From an uncultured Ruminococcus sp. (lineage in GTDB: Bacteria > Bacillota > Clostridia > Oscillospirales > Ruminococcaceae): a stretch of 64,000 nucleotides of DNA. How positions within the stretch are numbered: position 1 is the stretch's first letter; each line of letters begins with the position of its first letter. The position numbers and the translations under genes are program-made. Below are positions 18,735-27,102 of this stretch, piece after piece. The DNA is taken from positions 1,276-65,275 of the forward strand of contig NZ_CAMKRR010000009.1 in the NCBI RefSeq assembly GCF_946415235.1. Reading direction: 5' to 3'. The notes beneath the pieces are model-generated. The model was given only the letters and a program-made list of their open reading frames with translations. It made no database searches and was not told the DNA's origin.

Positions 18735-19130
18735 TTGAAACGTGAATTGGGCATAGCAAGGTGTGGACTTGCCTGCTGTTTATGTTCGGAAAATGTTAAA
18801 TGCAAGGGCTGCGGTCAGGATGGTTTTCTTGAGCTTGACTGGTGCAAGGACGCAGAATGGTGTGAAAACAGGAAATGCTGCATATCAAAAGATGTCATGG
18901 GATGTTACGAATGTCCTGACAGTCAATGCAGGAAAGGCTTGTTCTCGGATAAAATAAAGGCTCTGGCATTTACAGAGTTTGCACGCAGATACGGCAAGGA
19001 ATATTTGCTTGACTGCCTTGAAAAAAATGAAAAGGCCGGGATAGTATATCACCGTGAAGGCATTATAGGAGACTATGACGAATTCGACGATATCGAGAAG
19101 CTGATGGAATTTATCAGAAACGGCAGATAA
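18735..19130 (+). CDS. DUF3795-family Cys-rich (putative metal-binding) protein
   Basis: TTG start after aggaggt; CGLACCLC...C.GC, C...CC...GC.EC....C pattern. Confidence 0.75.
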   Translation: MKRELGIARCGLACCLCSENVKCKGCGQDGFLELDWCKDAEWCENRKCCISKDVMGCYECPDSQCRKGLFSDKIKALAFTEFARRYGKEYLLDCLEKNEKAGIVYHREGIIGDYDEFDDIEKLMEFIRNGR

Positions 19131-19138
19131 GAAAGTGA

Positions 19139-19660
19139 GTGAAAGCAATGAATATAGAGTTTATCGCACAGTTAAAAAAATACGATGACTTTTTGAAGAC
19201 ATACAGTGAAGGAAATGAAAAGCAGCTTTATAACAGTAAATCACTGCTTTTTTATTCACTGGCCAACAACGTCCCCGAAGAGCGGTATAAAATAAGTATG
19301 TTCCTTTTGAACAAAGATACCGATGCCTGCGGTACGAATGAGTGCGGCGAGAACCTTTTTCATGTCCTTTTATCAAGAGTAAAGCATGATCTCCCTCAGA
19401 CTGTCGAGCTTTGCCGTATCCTTATGGCTAAAGGAGCAGACATAAATCAAGCTGACGAAAAAGGCCGTGTTCCGCTGCAATACATAATAAACATGAAATA
19501 TACCGATGAGGAGCTGCATGAGCTTTATGATCTGTGGTTTTCTCACGGCAAGGTCATAGTCGATCATAAGAACGACTGGGGAAAGACTCCTTTAGAGCTC
19601 ATGGAAAACCTGCCTTACAGGAAAAAGCTGTATGAAATTGCCAAGGGTCAGTCTCTCTGA
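19139..19660 (+). CDS. Ankyrin-repeat protein
   Basis: GENLFHVLL, LMAKGADINQADEKGRVPLQY, KNDWGKTPLEL. Confidence 0.75.
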   Translation: MKAMNIEFIAQLKKYDDFLKTYSEGNEKQLYNSKSLLFYSLANNVPEERYKISMFLLNKDTDACGTNECGENLFHVLLSRVKHDLPQTVELCRILMAKGADINQADEKGRVPLQYIINMKYTDEELHELYDLWFSHGKVIVDHKNDWGKTPLELMENLPYRKKLYEIAKGQSL

Positions 19661-19696
19661 TTTAAGGCGGATCAATATTATTTCAAGGAGATAAAA

Positions 19697-20164
19697 ATGG
19701 GATTTCTTGTACACACGCTGGAATATAAAGGCGGTCCAGTAAATGAAGCTGTCTGTCCGAGAAATTATAACTGTAACGACTATGAAAAGTACAGGAAGAT
19801 CTACGAGGACTGCTTCTATCCGATGAGAAGCTCGCTGGGACTGCCCCGTGAATGCTGCAAAAGCAGTGATGAACTTGCTGAAATTCAGGACAGCATTTTT
19901 ATTCTTGAAGACAACGGGAACATCATCGGTTCGGTTGCTGTTTATGGTAATGAGATCGACGATCTTTTTGTATCCTCCGAATATCAGCGCAAAGGCTGCG
20001 GACTTAAGCTTCTTAAATTCGCAATAGCTTATCTGCAAAAGAAGAACACTGACAGAATAAAACTCCGCGTCGCTGATGTTAACAGGACGGCGCTTTCACT
20101 GTATCTGAAAAACGGATTTGTTATTGCCGAAACAAAAGAGATCGCAGCATCTTATCAGGACTGA
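19697..20164 (+). CDS. GNAT-family N-acetyltransferase
   Basis: LFVSSEYQRKGCGLKLL (acetyl-CoA motif A), N..AL.LY.K.GF. Confidence 0.88.
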   Translation: MGFLVHTLEYKGGPVNEAVCPRNYNCNDYEKYRKIYEDCFYPMRSSLGLPRECCKSSDELAEIQDSIFILEDNGNIIGSVAVYGNEIDDLFVSSEYQRKGCGLKLLKFAIAYLQKKNTDRIKLRVADVNRTALSLYLKNGFVIAETKEIAASYQD

Positions 20165-20191
20165 TACAAATATATATGTCAAACGAAGCTT

Positions 20192-20217
20192 AAAGCAGCC
20201 TTTTCGGCTGCTTTTTT
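20192..20217 (+). terminator. Intrinsic terminator
   Basis: aaagcagcc-ttttc-ggctgcttt plus T-tract. Confidence 0.85.
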
Positions 20218-20373
20218 ATTTAGAATTCATTGTAATAATCCACAAAAACATCAATAGAGTTTTGTTGAAACCTTACTAACATATTATGATTTAAGGTTAT
20301 TTTAAGCTTCAAAAACTATTATACAATCATACATATAAATGTACTTGCATTTTATTTTAGGAGGATGATTTAA

Positions 20374-23280
20374 ATGAGCAAAAAACACATTCTGGCAGGT
20401 ATCCTGTCAGCTGTTGTCTTAGGAAGTGTCTCAGCTGCATCGGCAGCTGCCGCTGACACTCTCTACGGCGACGCAAACTGCGACGGTACAGTTGATATGT
20501 CTGACGCTGTGCTTATAATGCAGTCGCTGGCTAACCCCGGAAAATACGGAGTAAACGGTACTGATTCAAAGCACATCACACAGGTAGGAATCGACTTTGC
20601 CGATGTATGTGAGAACGGTAACGGTCTTACCACAAATGACGCCCTCTCAATACAGAATTATCTCCTGGGCAACATAAAGTCACTGCCCGAATCTTACAAG
20701 AGTGATTCTTCATCAGACGAGGATGAAAAGGAAACGGTCAAGACCAAGATCCACCTCAGTGATTCAGGCATCACGATCGACGGTGAGTATGCAGCTGCAG
20801 ACGGTTCCAAGGTAACTATCACACACTCGGGCGAATTTACCATCGACGGTACTCTCTCTGACGGTCAGATCTGCGTTGATATCCCTGACGAAAAGACAGA
20901 TAAGGATACAGTTAAGCTTGTTCTCAAAGGCGTAAACATCACAGGCAGCAGTGCTCCTGCTATCCTTGTAAGCAATGCTGACAAGACCTCGATCACAGCA
21001 GCTGACGGAACCGAGAACATCATCTCTGACGGCACATCGGCTTACACAGGCGACGAGGCCGAGAGCGCTGTTATCGAAGCCAAGGACGATCTTACCATCA
21101 AGGGCGGCGACAACGGCACAGGTACTCTCACTATCAATGCAAATATCCAGCCTGCTATCGTCTGCAACAACGATCTCAAGATCACAGGCGGTATCCTTAA
21201 CGTAAATACTCTCAACGAGGCTCAGGACGTTTCTCCCGATACTATCAAGGGCAAGGGCTCCGTTACGGTAAAGGGCGGCACGATCAATATCGTTTCAAAG
21301 GGCGACGGTATCAAGTCCTCCAAGGGCGAGGTTGTCATTGAAGACGGTACTATAGTTATAAAGGCAAGCAAGGACGCTATACAGGCTGAAACAGACATCA
21401 CTATCGCAGGCGGCGATATCGCTGCATTCGGCGACAAGGGACTTACAGCCGCAGGCAACGTAAATATCACAGGCGGCAGCGTAGTTGCTACAGCTTCCGA
21501 TAATCAGTGTGAAACCCTTGCTTCAACGGAACAGGCAGCACTTATGCTCGACTTTACAAAGGAATGGAGCAAAAACAATCCTATTTCTGTAACCGATCCA
21601 TCAAACAAGGTCCTCATTGAGAAGAATACTCTCAAGAAGTATAAGTATGCTATCGTTTCTTCACCTGATATCGCTTCAGGCGAGCTTAAGGTATTCGCAG
21701 GCGGAATCAAGATGAAGCACAGTGAGGGCAGCACCTTCAAGAGCGGCAAGCCTGCCAAGTACACAGAAGTAAACAACGATATGGATAACGAGGAGCAGCT
21801 TTATGAGGAGCTCTTCAGCCAGGAAAAGATACATAAGATAGACATTCAGATAGATGAAGCTGTATGGGATAATCTCCTGAAAACAGCAAGCAAGGAAGAA
21901 TGGACTCCTTGTGATGTTGTTATCGACGGTGAAACTATCAGGAACGCCGGTATCAGAGCGAAGGGAAACAGCTCTCTTATGATGGCTAAGGACGGCAAAT
22001 ACAGCTTCCGTCTGAAGCTCGACAAATATGATAAGGAAAACAACTATCACGGCTTGACAGAGTTCTGCATGAACAATATGCTCATGGACGCTTCATGCCT
22101 CAGAGATATAATCTGCTACAACGCAATGTACGAGGTCGGCGGTGTTGCTCCTCATGCAGCTCACACAGATATGTACCTCAACGGTAACCTCTACAGCTTC
22201 TATCTCCTTGCAGAGCAGCCGGGTACTACACTTGCAGAGCGCTATGCTGTTGATGATGACTCCGTTCTCTACAAGGCAACAGAAAAAACAGGAAACGAAA
22301 ACGGCGGCTGGGGCGGCTTTGGCGGCGACAGCTACTGCTCATTCACGGAGAATATGCCTCTGGACAGATTCGATGTTAAATTCGGAACTGACGATGAATA
22401 CTCACATATCCAGGATGTAAAAACAGCTATCAATAAGCTCACACCAACAGACTACAAGTTTATCGAGGACGTTATCGACGTACCAAGCTTCCTCAAGGGC
22501 TTTGCCGTAAACTCAATATTCTGCAACTACGACAGCTATAACGGCTCACTTGCTCATAACTACTACCTCATGTATTCAGGAGGCAGGATGCACTTTGTAG
22601 GCTGGGATTACAACCTCTGTCTCGGAAACTTCACAGGCGGTGCAAACTCGGTAACTTCCGACATTAAGACAAGTCTTTATCAGTCAACTATTGAGGATCG
22701 TCCTCTTGCCAAGCTTCTTCAGGTACCTGAGTACTATGATATGTATGTTGACATAGTAAAGGACATCATCAACTATTACAGTGATCCCGAAAAGTATGTT
22801 GCTGACTATTCAAAGAAGATACGTTCACACGTAGAAGCTGATCCGCGCTTTGAATTCACTATCGAGGACTTCGATACAAACACCTCAGCAAGCGAAGAAG
22901 GACTCCAGTACAGTGAAGAAGATACAGGCAATGCCTGGGGCAACTGGGGCGGCTTCGGCGGCGGTGATGCTAACGGCGAAGGCGGGGCCTGGGGCGGCTT
23001 CGGCGGCGGAGATGCCAACGGTGAAGGCGGTGCCTGGGGCGACTTCGGCGGCGGAGATGCCAACGGTGAAGGCGGTGCCTGGGGCGGCTTCGGCGGAGAC
23101 GCAAGCTTCGACTGGGCTAACATGGACTGGGAAAACATGGATTGGAGCAACATGGACTGGGGCGACATGGACTGGGGTGATATGGACTTCGGCGGCGGTA
23201 TGTTCGGCGGCGGTCAGACTTCAGTTGTTGACTTCCTTATCAAGAGATTTGAAATAATCCTTGAAGCTCTCAAAGATTAA
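20374..23280 (+). CDS. Secreted protein: N-terminal group-1-type dockerin, Cthe_2159-like beta-helix carbohydrate-binding domain, CotH-family kinase, C-terminal Gly/Trp-rich repeats
   Basis: Signal peptide ending AAAA-D; GDANCDGTVDMSDAVLIMQSLANPGKYG; VTITHSGEFTIDGTLSDGQI.V, ITIAGGDI (beta-helix); GIRAKGNSS, YSFRLKLDKY, NYDSY, HNYYL, GWDYN (CotH). Confidence 0.88.
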   Translation: MSKKHILAGILSAVVLGSVSAASAAAADTLYGDANCDGTVDMSDAVLIMQSLANPGKYGVNGTDSKHITQVGIDFADVCENGNGLTTNDALSIQNYLLGNIKSLPESYKSDSSSDEDEKETVKTKIHLSDSGITIDGEYAAADGSKVTITHSGEFTIDGTLSDGQICVDIPDEKTDKDTVKLVLKGVNITGSSAPAILVSNADKTSITAADGTENIISDGTSAYTGDEAESAVIEAKDDLTIKGGDNGTGTLTINANIQPAIVCNNDLKITGGILNVNTLNEAQDVSPDTIKGKGSVTVKGGTINIVSKGDGIKSSKGEVVIEDGTIVIKASKDAIQAETDITIAGGDIAAFGDKGLTAAGNVNITGGSVVATASDNQCETLASTEQAALMLDFTKEWSKNNPISVTDPSNKVLIEKNTLKKYKYAIVSSPDIASGELKVFAGGIKMKHSEGSTFKSGKPAKYTEVNNDMDNEEQLYEELFSQEKIHKIDIQIDEAVWDNLLKTASKEEWTPCDVVIDGETIRNAGIRAKGNSSLMMAKDGKYSFRLKLDKYDKENNYHGLTEFCMNNMLMDASCLRDIICYNAMYEVGGVAPHAAHTDMYLNGNLYSFYLLAEQPGTTLAERYAVDDDSVLYKATEKTGNENGGWGGFGGDSYCSFTENMPLDRFDVKFGTDDEYSHIQDVKTAINKLTPTDYKFIEDVIDVPSFLKGFAVNSIFCNYDSYNGSLAHNYYLMYSGGRMHFVGWDYNLCLGNFTGGANSVTSDIKTSLYQSTIEDRPLAKLLQVPEYYDMYVDIVKDIINYYSDPEKYVADYSKKIRSHVEADPRFEFTIEDFDTNTSASEEGLQYSEEDTGNAWGNWGGFGGGDANGEGGAWGGFGGGDANGEGGAWGDFGGGDANGEGGAWGGFGGDASFDWANMDWENMDWSNMDWGDMDWGDMDFGGGMFGGGQTSVVDFLIKRFEIILEALKD
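22945..23100 (+). repeat. Intragenic 45-bp tandem repeat x3.5 encoding (WGGFGGGDANGEGGA)n
   Basis: Units start at 22945, 22990, 23035 and 23080 (partial). Confidence 0.95.
23110..23190 (+). repeat. Intragenic 15-bp tandem repeat x5.4 encoding (DWxxM)n
   Basis: gactgggctaacatg, gactgggaaaacatg, gattggagcaacatg, gactggggcgacatg, gactggggtgatatg, gacttc. Confidence 0.95.
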
Positions 23281-23296
23281 TCGGATTTAAAAACTA

Positions 23297-23332
23297 AAAA
23301 GCCATGTAAGGTTTATTCCTTACATGGCTTTT
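23297..23332. terminator. Bidirectional intrinsic terminator
   Basis: 15-bp stem aaaagccatgtaagg/ccttacatggctttt between convergent genes. Confidence 0.88.
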
Positions 23333-23346
23333 CCTTTAGCGTTCTG

Positions 23347-25653
23347 TCAGCCCTGAACCGAATTTTTTGCATAAGTGCTGAGTATGGAAGCAGCGTCTAC
23401 ACTGTCTACGATACCGTCTGTATTCAGGTCTGCCATATACTGCATCTGTGCTTCTGTTACAGTACTTACCTCTGCATTTACAGAAGACTGTGCGTAGTAA
23501 TTAAGTACCTTGCTTGCATCAACGGCTGTAACATTGCCGTCAAAGTCAACATCTCCCGCTTCCTTGTCCTTGCAGAGCTTTTCGATATATGGTCTGATAT
23601 CGCTGAGGTCTGTAAAGCCTTTCTTCTCAACAAGTTCAAGGTAGTATATATCCAGCTGATAATCAGGTATATCATTGTACAAGTCATCCACATACATAAA
23701 GATCATGAAATCAACAAACGTGCCTGCGATTCCGTCATTGTCAAGATCGACCTGCGTATCTATAAAGTTCCACTGATCTGCAGGAAGAATACTGTTTTCA
23801 GCGGTTATACCATTGCGAAGGTCTGATATATAAAGCATGAAAGAATATGAATCAAATCCGTCTATCTTTCCGTCCTTGTTTATATCATAAAGATGACTTG
23901 TAAGGCCGCTGTCACAGTCAGCCTTTGCCTTCTTGTCTACTGCTATGAGGACATCATTATTGTTCATATATTCATAGTCCATGATAGCAGTATACAATTT
24001 CGGGGATTCCTTCTGGCCTGTGAGATCAACACCTGACTTTATAAAATAGCGGTTTGCTATCGACAGCAAACTGTTGACGAATTGATGAGCAACAGGTATA
24101 TCGCAGAGCTTTAAATTGCTGCGGTACTGCATATAATACACACTTGTCGTATTGATATAATCCAGCTCTGTACTGTTCATGATATATCTTCCTATCATGT
24201 CAAATACCGTCACATTGCCCAGAGCCGGGCCGAACTTTTTATAATCTATAAAGGAGTATACATAGTCATAGATCGGCTCGCACTTGTCCCAGAGCTTCTG
24301 CTTTTCATCTTCGGGAAGCGTGAGAAGCTCTCTGAGCTTCACATCAAAATTGTAATTGGTCTGACACAGTATTCCTTCGCCCGTGGTTATCGTATTGAAG
24401 CGCATGAAATACTCTTCTTTCACAATAGAGCTGGTCTGGAAATCATCGGCAGAGGCTACATCATAGATGTAGATATCATAGAGATCTCTCAGGTCTGTTA
24501 TGCCGTCTTCATTCACGTCGAAGCTGTAATTCCTGCTCCTGGCGTCATCAGCAAATCTCTTGTAGTATGCGTCGTTGTACTTAAAGGTATCTTCCCATTC
24601 TATACCGTTAAGATATTTTTTGAAGCAAAGCTCAACAAAGCTGTTAATATTTCCCTCGGAGCCGTATGGATAGCACGAGTCAATAAACTCGTTGATCTTC
24701 AGCTTTTCCTTTACGTCTTCGGGAGCGTCATCAGAGACACTTCTTGTAATATATTCATAAGAATTTTTAATCCATGGAGTTAAATAATTATAGGAATCAT
24801 AATAAGCTTTGAACTGCTCCTCAGAGAATTTGTAAATAAACATCTCACTGATAAGAGCACTGTCGGCAGAGTCGATCTTTCCGTCCTTATTTACATCTCC
24901 TTTTGCCTCGCATCTTTCCGCATAGCCTTCGGGCAGCGATGAAGGCTCGTTCACATAGGTAAAGAGCGCATAAGCGTCGAAAGGATCTGTCTTGCCGCTG
25001 CCGTCAAAGTCAAAGAGCATCGGATTCTCATCAATGTAATTGACAGACTCTGCCAGCGGATCAAGCTCATTCGGAGTATAAAGTTCTTCTGCGTATGCAT
25101 TCATATTAACTCCGCTTGATGCAAGAGCTGCTGCTGAAAGAGCAGCAAGATACTTTTTAACATTATTTACTTTCATTCTGATTACCTCCATACAATCATT
25201 TTCATTGATATCAGCCATATCTGTCGTTTGTGTCTGAGAAGCAGCTGTTGTTTCGGCAGCTGAAGCTGCTTTTGTCAAAGCAGATGATATCATTGAGGAC
25301 GTACCTTTTGCCGTGGAAGAAACAGTTGTTACTTCTTTGACCTTTCCCGACGCCTTAACAGTTGTTGTATAAGTCGTCACAGGAAAAGAAGAAGTATCAT
25401 TTACTGTAGTTATGATCTCAGACACTGACACAGTCGTATCGTCTGTTATCAGTATATTATCCGTATCATTTACAGCAGGCTTGTTCCCGAACGATGAAAA
25501 GTGCACAACTCCCGCTGTTAATACGCTGACAGCAGCTGCAGCTGAAACAGCCGCACAGGCTTTTTTAATATGTATATGTTTTAATCTCTTTTGTTCAAGA
25601 TGCTCATCCCGTATCCTGAATACGGCATCGGCGATGTCTTTAGTATCTCTCAT
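23347..25653 (-). CDS. Anti-sigma-factor-like membrane protein with Ser/Thr stalk, internal second signal peptide, several dockerin-like Ca2+ loops and C-terminal group-4-type dockerin
   Basis: Translationally coupled to the ECF sigma stop; short basic N-tail plus TM (ACAAVSAAAAVSVLTAGVV); C-terminal GDVDFDGNVTAVDASKVLNYYA...ADLNTDGIVDSVDAASILSTYA. Confidence 0.8.
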   Translation of the reverse strand: MRDTKDIADAVFRIRDEHLEQKRLKHIHIKKACAAVSAAAAVSVLTAGVVHFSSFGNKPAVNDTDNILITDDTTVSVSEIITTVNDTSSFPVTTYTTTVKASGKVKEVTTVSSTAKGTSSMISSALTKAASAAETTAASQTQTTDMADINENDCMEVIRMKVNNVKKYLAALSAAALASSGVNMNAYAEELYTPNELDPLAESVNYIDENPMLFDFDGSGKTDPFDAYALFTYVNEPSSLPEGYAERCEAKGDVNKDGKIDSADSALISEMFIYKFSEEQFKAYYDSYNYLTPWIKNSYEYITRSVSDDAPEDVKEKLKINEFIDSCYPYGSEGNINSFVELCFKKYLNGIEWEDTFKYNDAYYKRFADDARSRNYSFDVNEDGITDLRDLYDIYIYDVASADDFQTSSIVKEEYFMRFNTITTGEGILCQTNYNFDVKLRELLTLPEDEKQKLWDKCEPIYDYVYSFIDYKKFGPALGNVTVFDMIGRYIMNSTELDYINTTSVYYMQYRSNLKLCDIPVAHQFVNSLLSIANRYFIKSGVDLTGQKESPKLYTAIMDYEYMNNNDVLIAVDKKAKADCDSGLTSHLYDINKDGKIDGFDSYSFMLYISDLRNGITAENSILPADQWNFIDTQVDLDNDGIAGTFVDFMIFMYVDDLYNDIPDYQLDIYYLELVEKKGFTDLSDIRPYIEKLCKDKEAGDVDFDGNVTAVDASKVLNYYAQSSVNAEVSTVTEAQMQYMADLNTDGIVDSVDAASILSTYAKNSVQG
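25174..25189 (-). promoter_or_regulatory. Internal in-frame ribosome-binding site and ATG (codon 160)
   Basis: Minus strand GGAGGT-aatcaga-ATG at 25176, in frame, immediately followed by MKVNNVKKYLAALSAAALASSGVNMNAYA. Confidence 0.65.
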
Positions 25654-26194
25654 ATATAAAGCCCTTCCTTTCCAGTTCTGTTTTCAACGACTTTCTCGCT
25701 CTGAAAATAAGATCGCTGACCTGTCGTCTGGCTTTGTGCATTATCTTAGCGATATCCGAAGTATCAAGGTCCTCAAAATACATGAGGTAGAGCACCTGAT
25801 AATAATCAGGATTAAGCCGTTTCATCGCTTTATAAAGCTCTGCTTTCTGCTCTTCCATGAAAAATTCCTTTTCAGTATCTGTTACATCGGATATGTTAAG
25901 CTGTTCATCAAGAGACAAATCTGATAATTTCTTGTTCTTCCTAAGATGGTCGATAGCGCAGTTCCTTGCGATAGTGAACAGCCACGTTTTAAATGAGCAT
26001 TTGCCCTTGAAGGCAGGCTTCTTTATAGCAAGCTTAACAAAGGTATCCTGCATTATATCCTCAGCAAGGCTCATATTGTTCACTATACTATTAAGGTAAA
26101 GCGACATTCCCTCATGATATTCGTCAATTATTTCTATTAATCCATTATCATCACCATCAAGGAAACGGCGGTAGCGCTCTGCATCGTTTCCCAT
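25640..26194 (-). CDS. ECF sigma-70 factor
   Basis: AEDIMQDTFVKL, SFKTWLFTIARNCAIDHLRK (region 2); L..L.....QVLYLMYFEDL...DIA.IM (region 4). Confidence 0.93.
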   Translation of the reverse strand: MGNDAERYRRFLDGDDNGLIEIIDEYHEGMSLYLNSIVNNMSLAEDIMQDTFVKLAIKKPAFKGKCSFKTWLFTIARNCAIDHLRKNKKLSDLSLDEQLNISDVTDTEKEFFMEEQKAELYKAMKRLNPDYYQVLYLMYFEDLDTSDIAKIMHKARRQVSDLIFRARKSLKTELERKGFIYERY

Positions 26195-26236
26195 TAGATT
26201 ACCCCCTTATTTTTTTAAGGCAAATTTGCTTTATAT

Positions 26237-26324
26237 CTATTAGACGTATGAAATGTAAAATTTACGCACATGAATTTTCCTTTTTTCTCAATTATATAAT
26301 AGCACCATATTGAGAGACTGTCAA
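26237..26324 (-). promoter_or_regulatory. Tandem promoters for the leftward ECF operon: SigA-type plus candidate ECF-type
   Basis: Minus strand TTGACA-17-TATTAT with TG (26296-26324); downstream TGCGTAAATTTT-N10-CGTCTAATAG (26237-26268) resembles CGTC-type ECF -10 elements. Confidence 0.55.
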
Positions 26325-26386
26325 TCACACATACTTCAAAAATGTTTAATACTGATCAACATCCAAACCTGTATCCTATCATAAGG

Positions 26387-26472
26387 TTGAAAAATACACG
26401 GATATGGTATATAATAAAATAAGTTTCCCAAAAAAATGTGTTACACTTTTGAGCGTCACAGCAAGTATATAT
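26387..26472 (+). promoter_or_regulatory. Tandem promoters for the rightward ECF operon: SigA-type plus candidate ECF-type
   Basis: TTGAAA-17-TATAAT (26387-26415); downstream TGTTACACTTTT...GTATATA (about 26439-26471) is a possible ECF promoter. Confidence 0.5.
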
Positions 26473-26526
26473 TATGAAAGCACTTACAGCGCGCCAGGCT
26501 TTTTAATAAAACAAAGGGGTGGTCCT

Positions 26527-27102
26527 ATGACTGACAAAGAATATCGCAGAATATACGCCAATGATCCGCAAAAAGCCCAGACTGAACTGTTTGATGAATA
26601 CCTGAATTATGTTTATGCCATAGTTTACAACAAACTTCGCAGCTGCGGCAGCCGTGAAGATGTTGAGGAATGTGTGGGTGATGTTTTTTCAGCTGTTTTT
26701 ATAAGCTATGACCATAACGGAAGCTTCAGCGGCGATCTGAAAGGCCTTATAGGAACTATTGCAAACCGCACGGCTGTACAGAGGTACCGAAAGCTCGTCC
26801 GTAACTGCAATACAGTATATATAGAAAACGAGACATCGGAAATTGCAGATACGGAATGTATCGAGGAGAATGCAGAACGCAGTGTTTTGAAGAATACGCT
26901 CTTAAAGCTTATAAAAAGCCTCGGAGAGCCCGATTCGGACATTATAATACAGAAGTACTATTATAATATGAATTCTAAGGAAATAGCGGATAAACATTCA
27001 ATGTCCCCCGAATCAGTGAGAATGAGATGCAGCAGAGCCCTGAAAAAGCTTAAGGCTCTTCTTGCTGATGAAGGCTACGATATGAAGGAGGGAAATATAT
27101 GA
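26527..27102 (+). CDS. ECF sigma-70 factor
   Basis: Start MTDKEY at 26527 after aggggtg. DVEECVGDVF, DLKGLIGTIA.R.A...YRK; L...D..IIIQKYYYNMNSKEIA....SPESVRMRCSRA.KKLK. Confidence 0.92.
   Translation: MTDKEYRRIYANDPQKAQTELFDEYLNYVYAIVYNKLRSCGSREDVEECVGDVFSAVFISYDHNGSFSGDLKGLIGTIANRTAVQRYRKLVRNCNTVYIENETSEIADTECIEENAERSVLKNTLLKLIKSLGEPDSDIIIQKYYYNMNSKEIADKHSMSPESVRMRCSRALKKLKALLADEGYDMKEGNI

Noticed and set aside
22945..23190. CRISPR-like or VNTR-type non-coding array
   Set aside because: Repeats are contiguous without spacers, are multiples of 3 and lie in frame in a CDS; no cas genes in the window.
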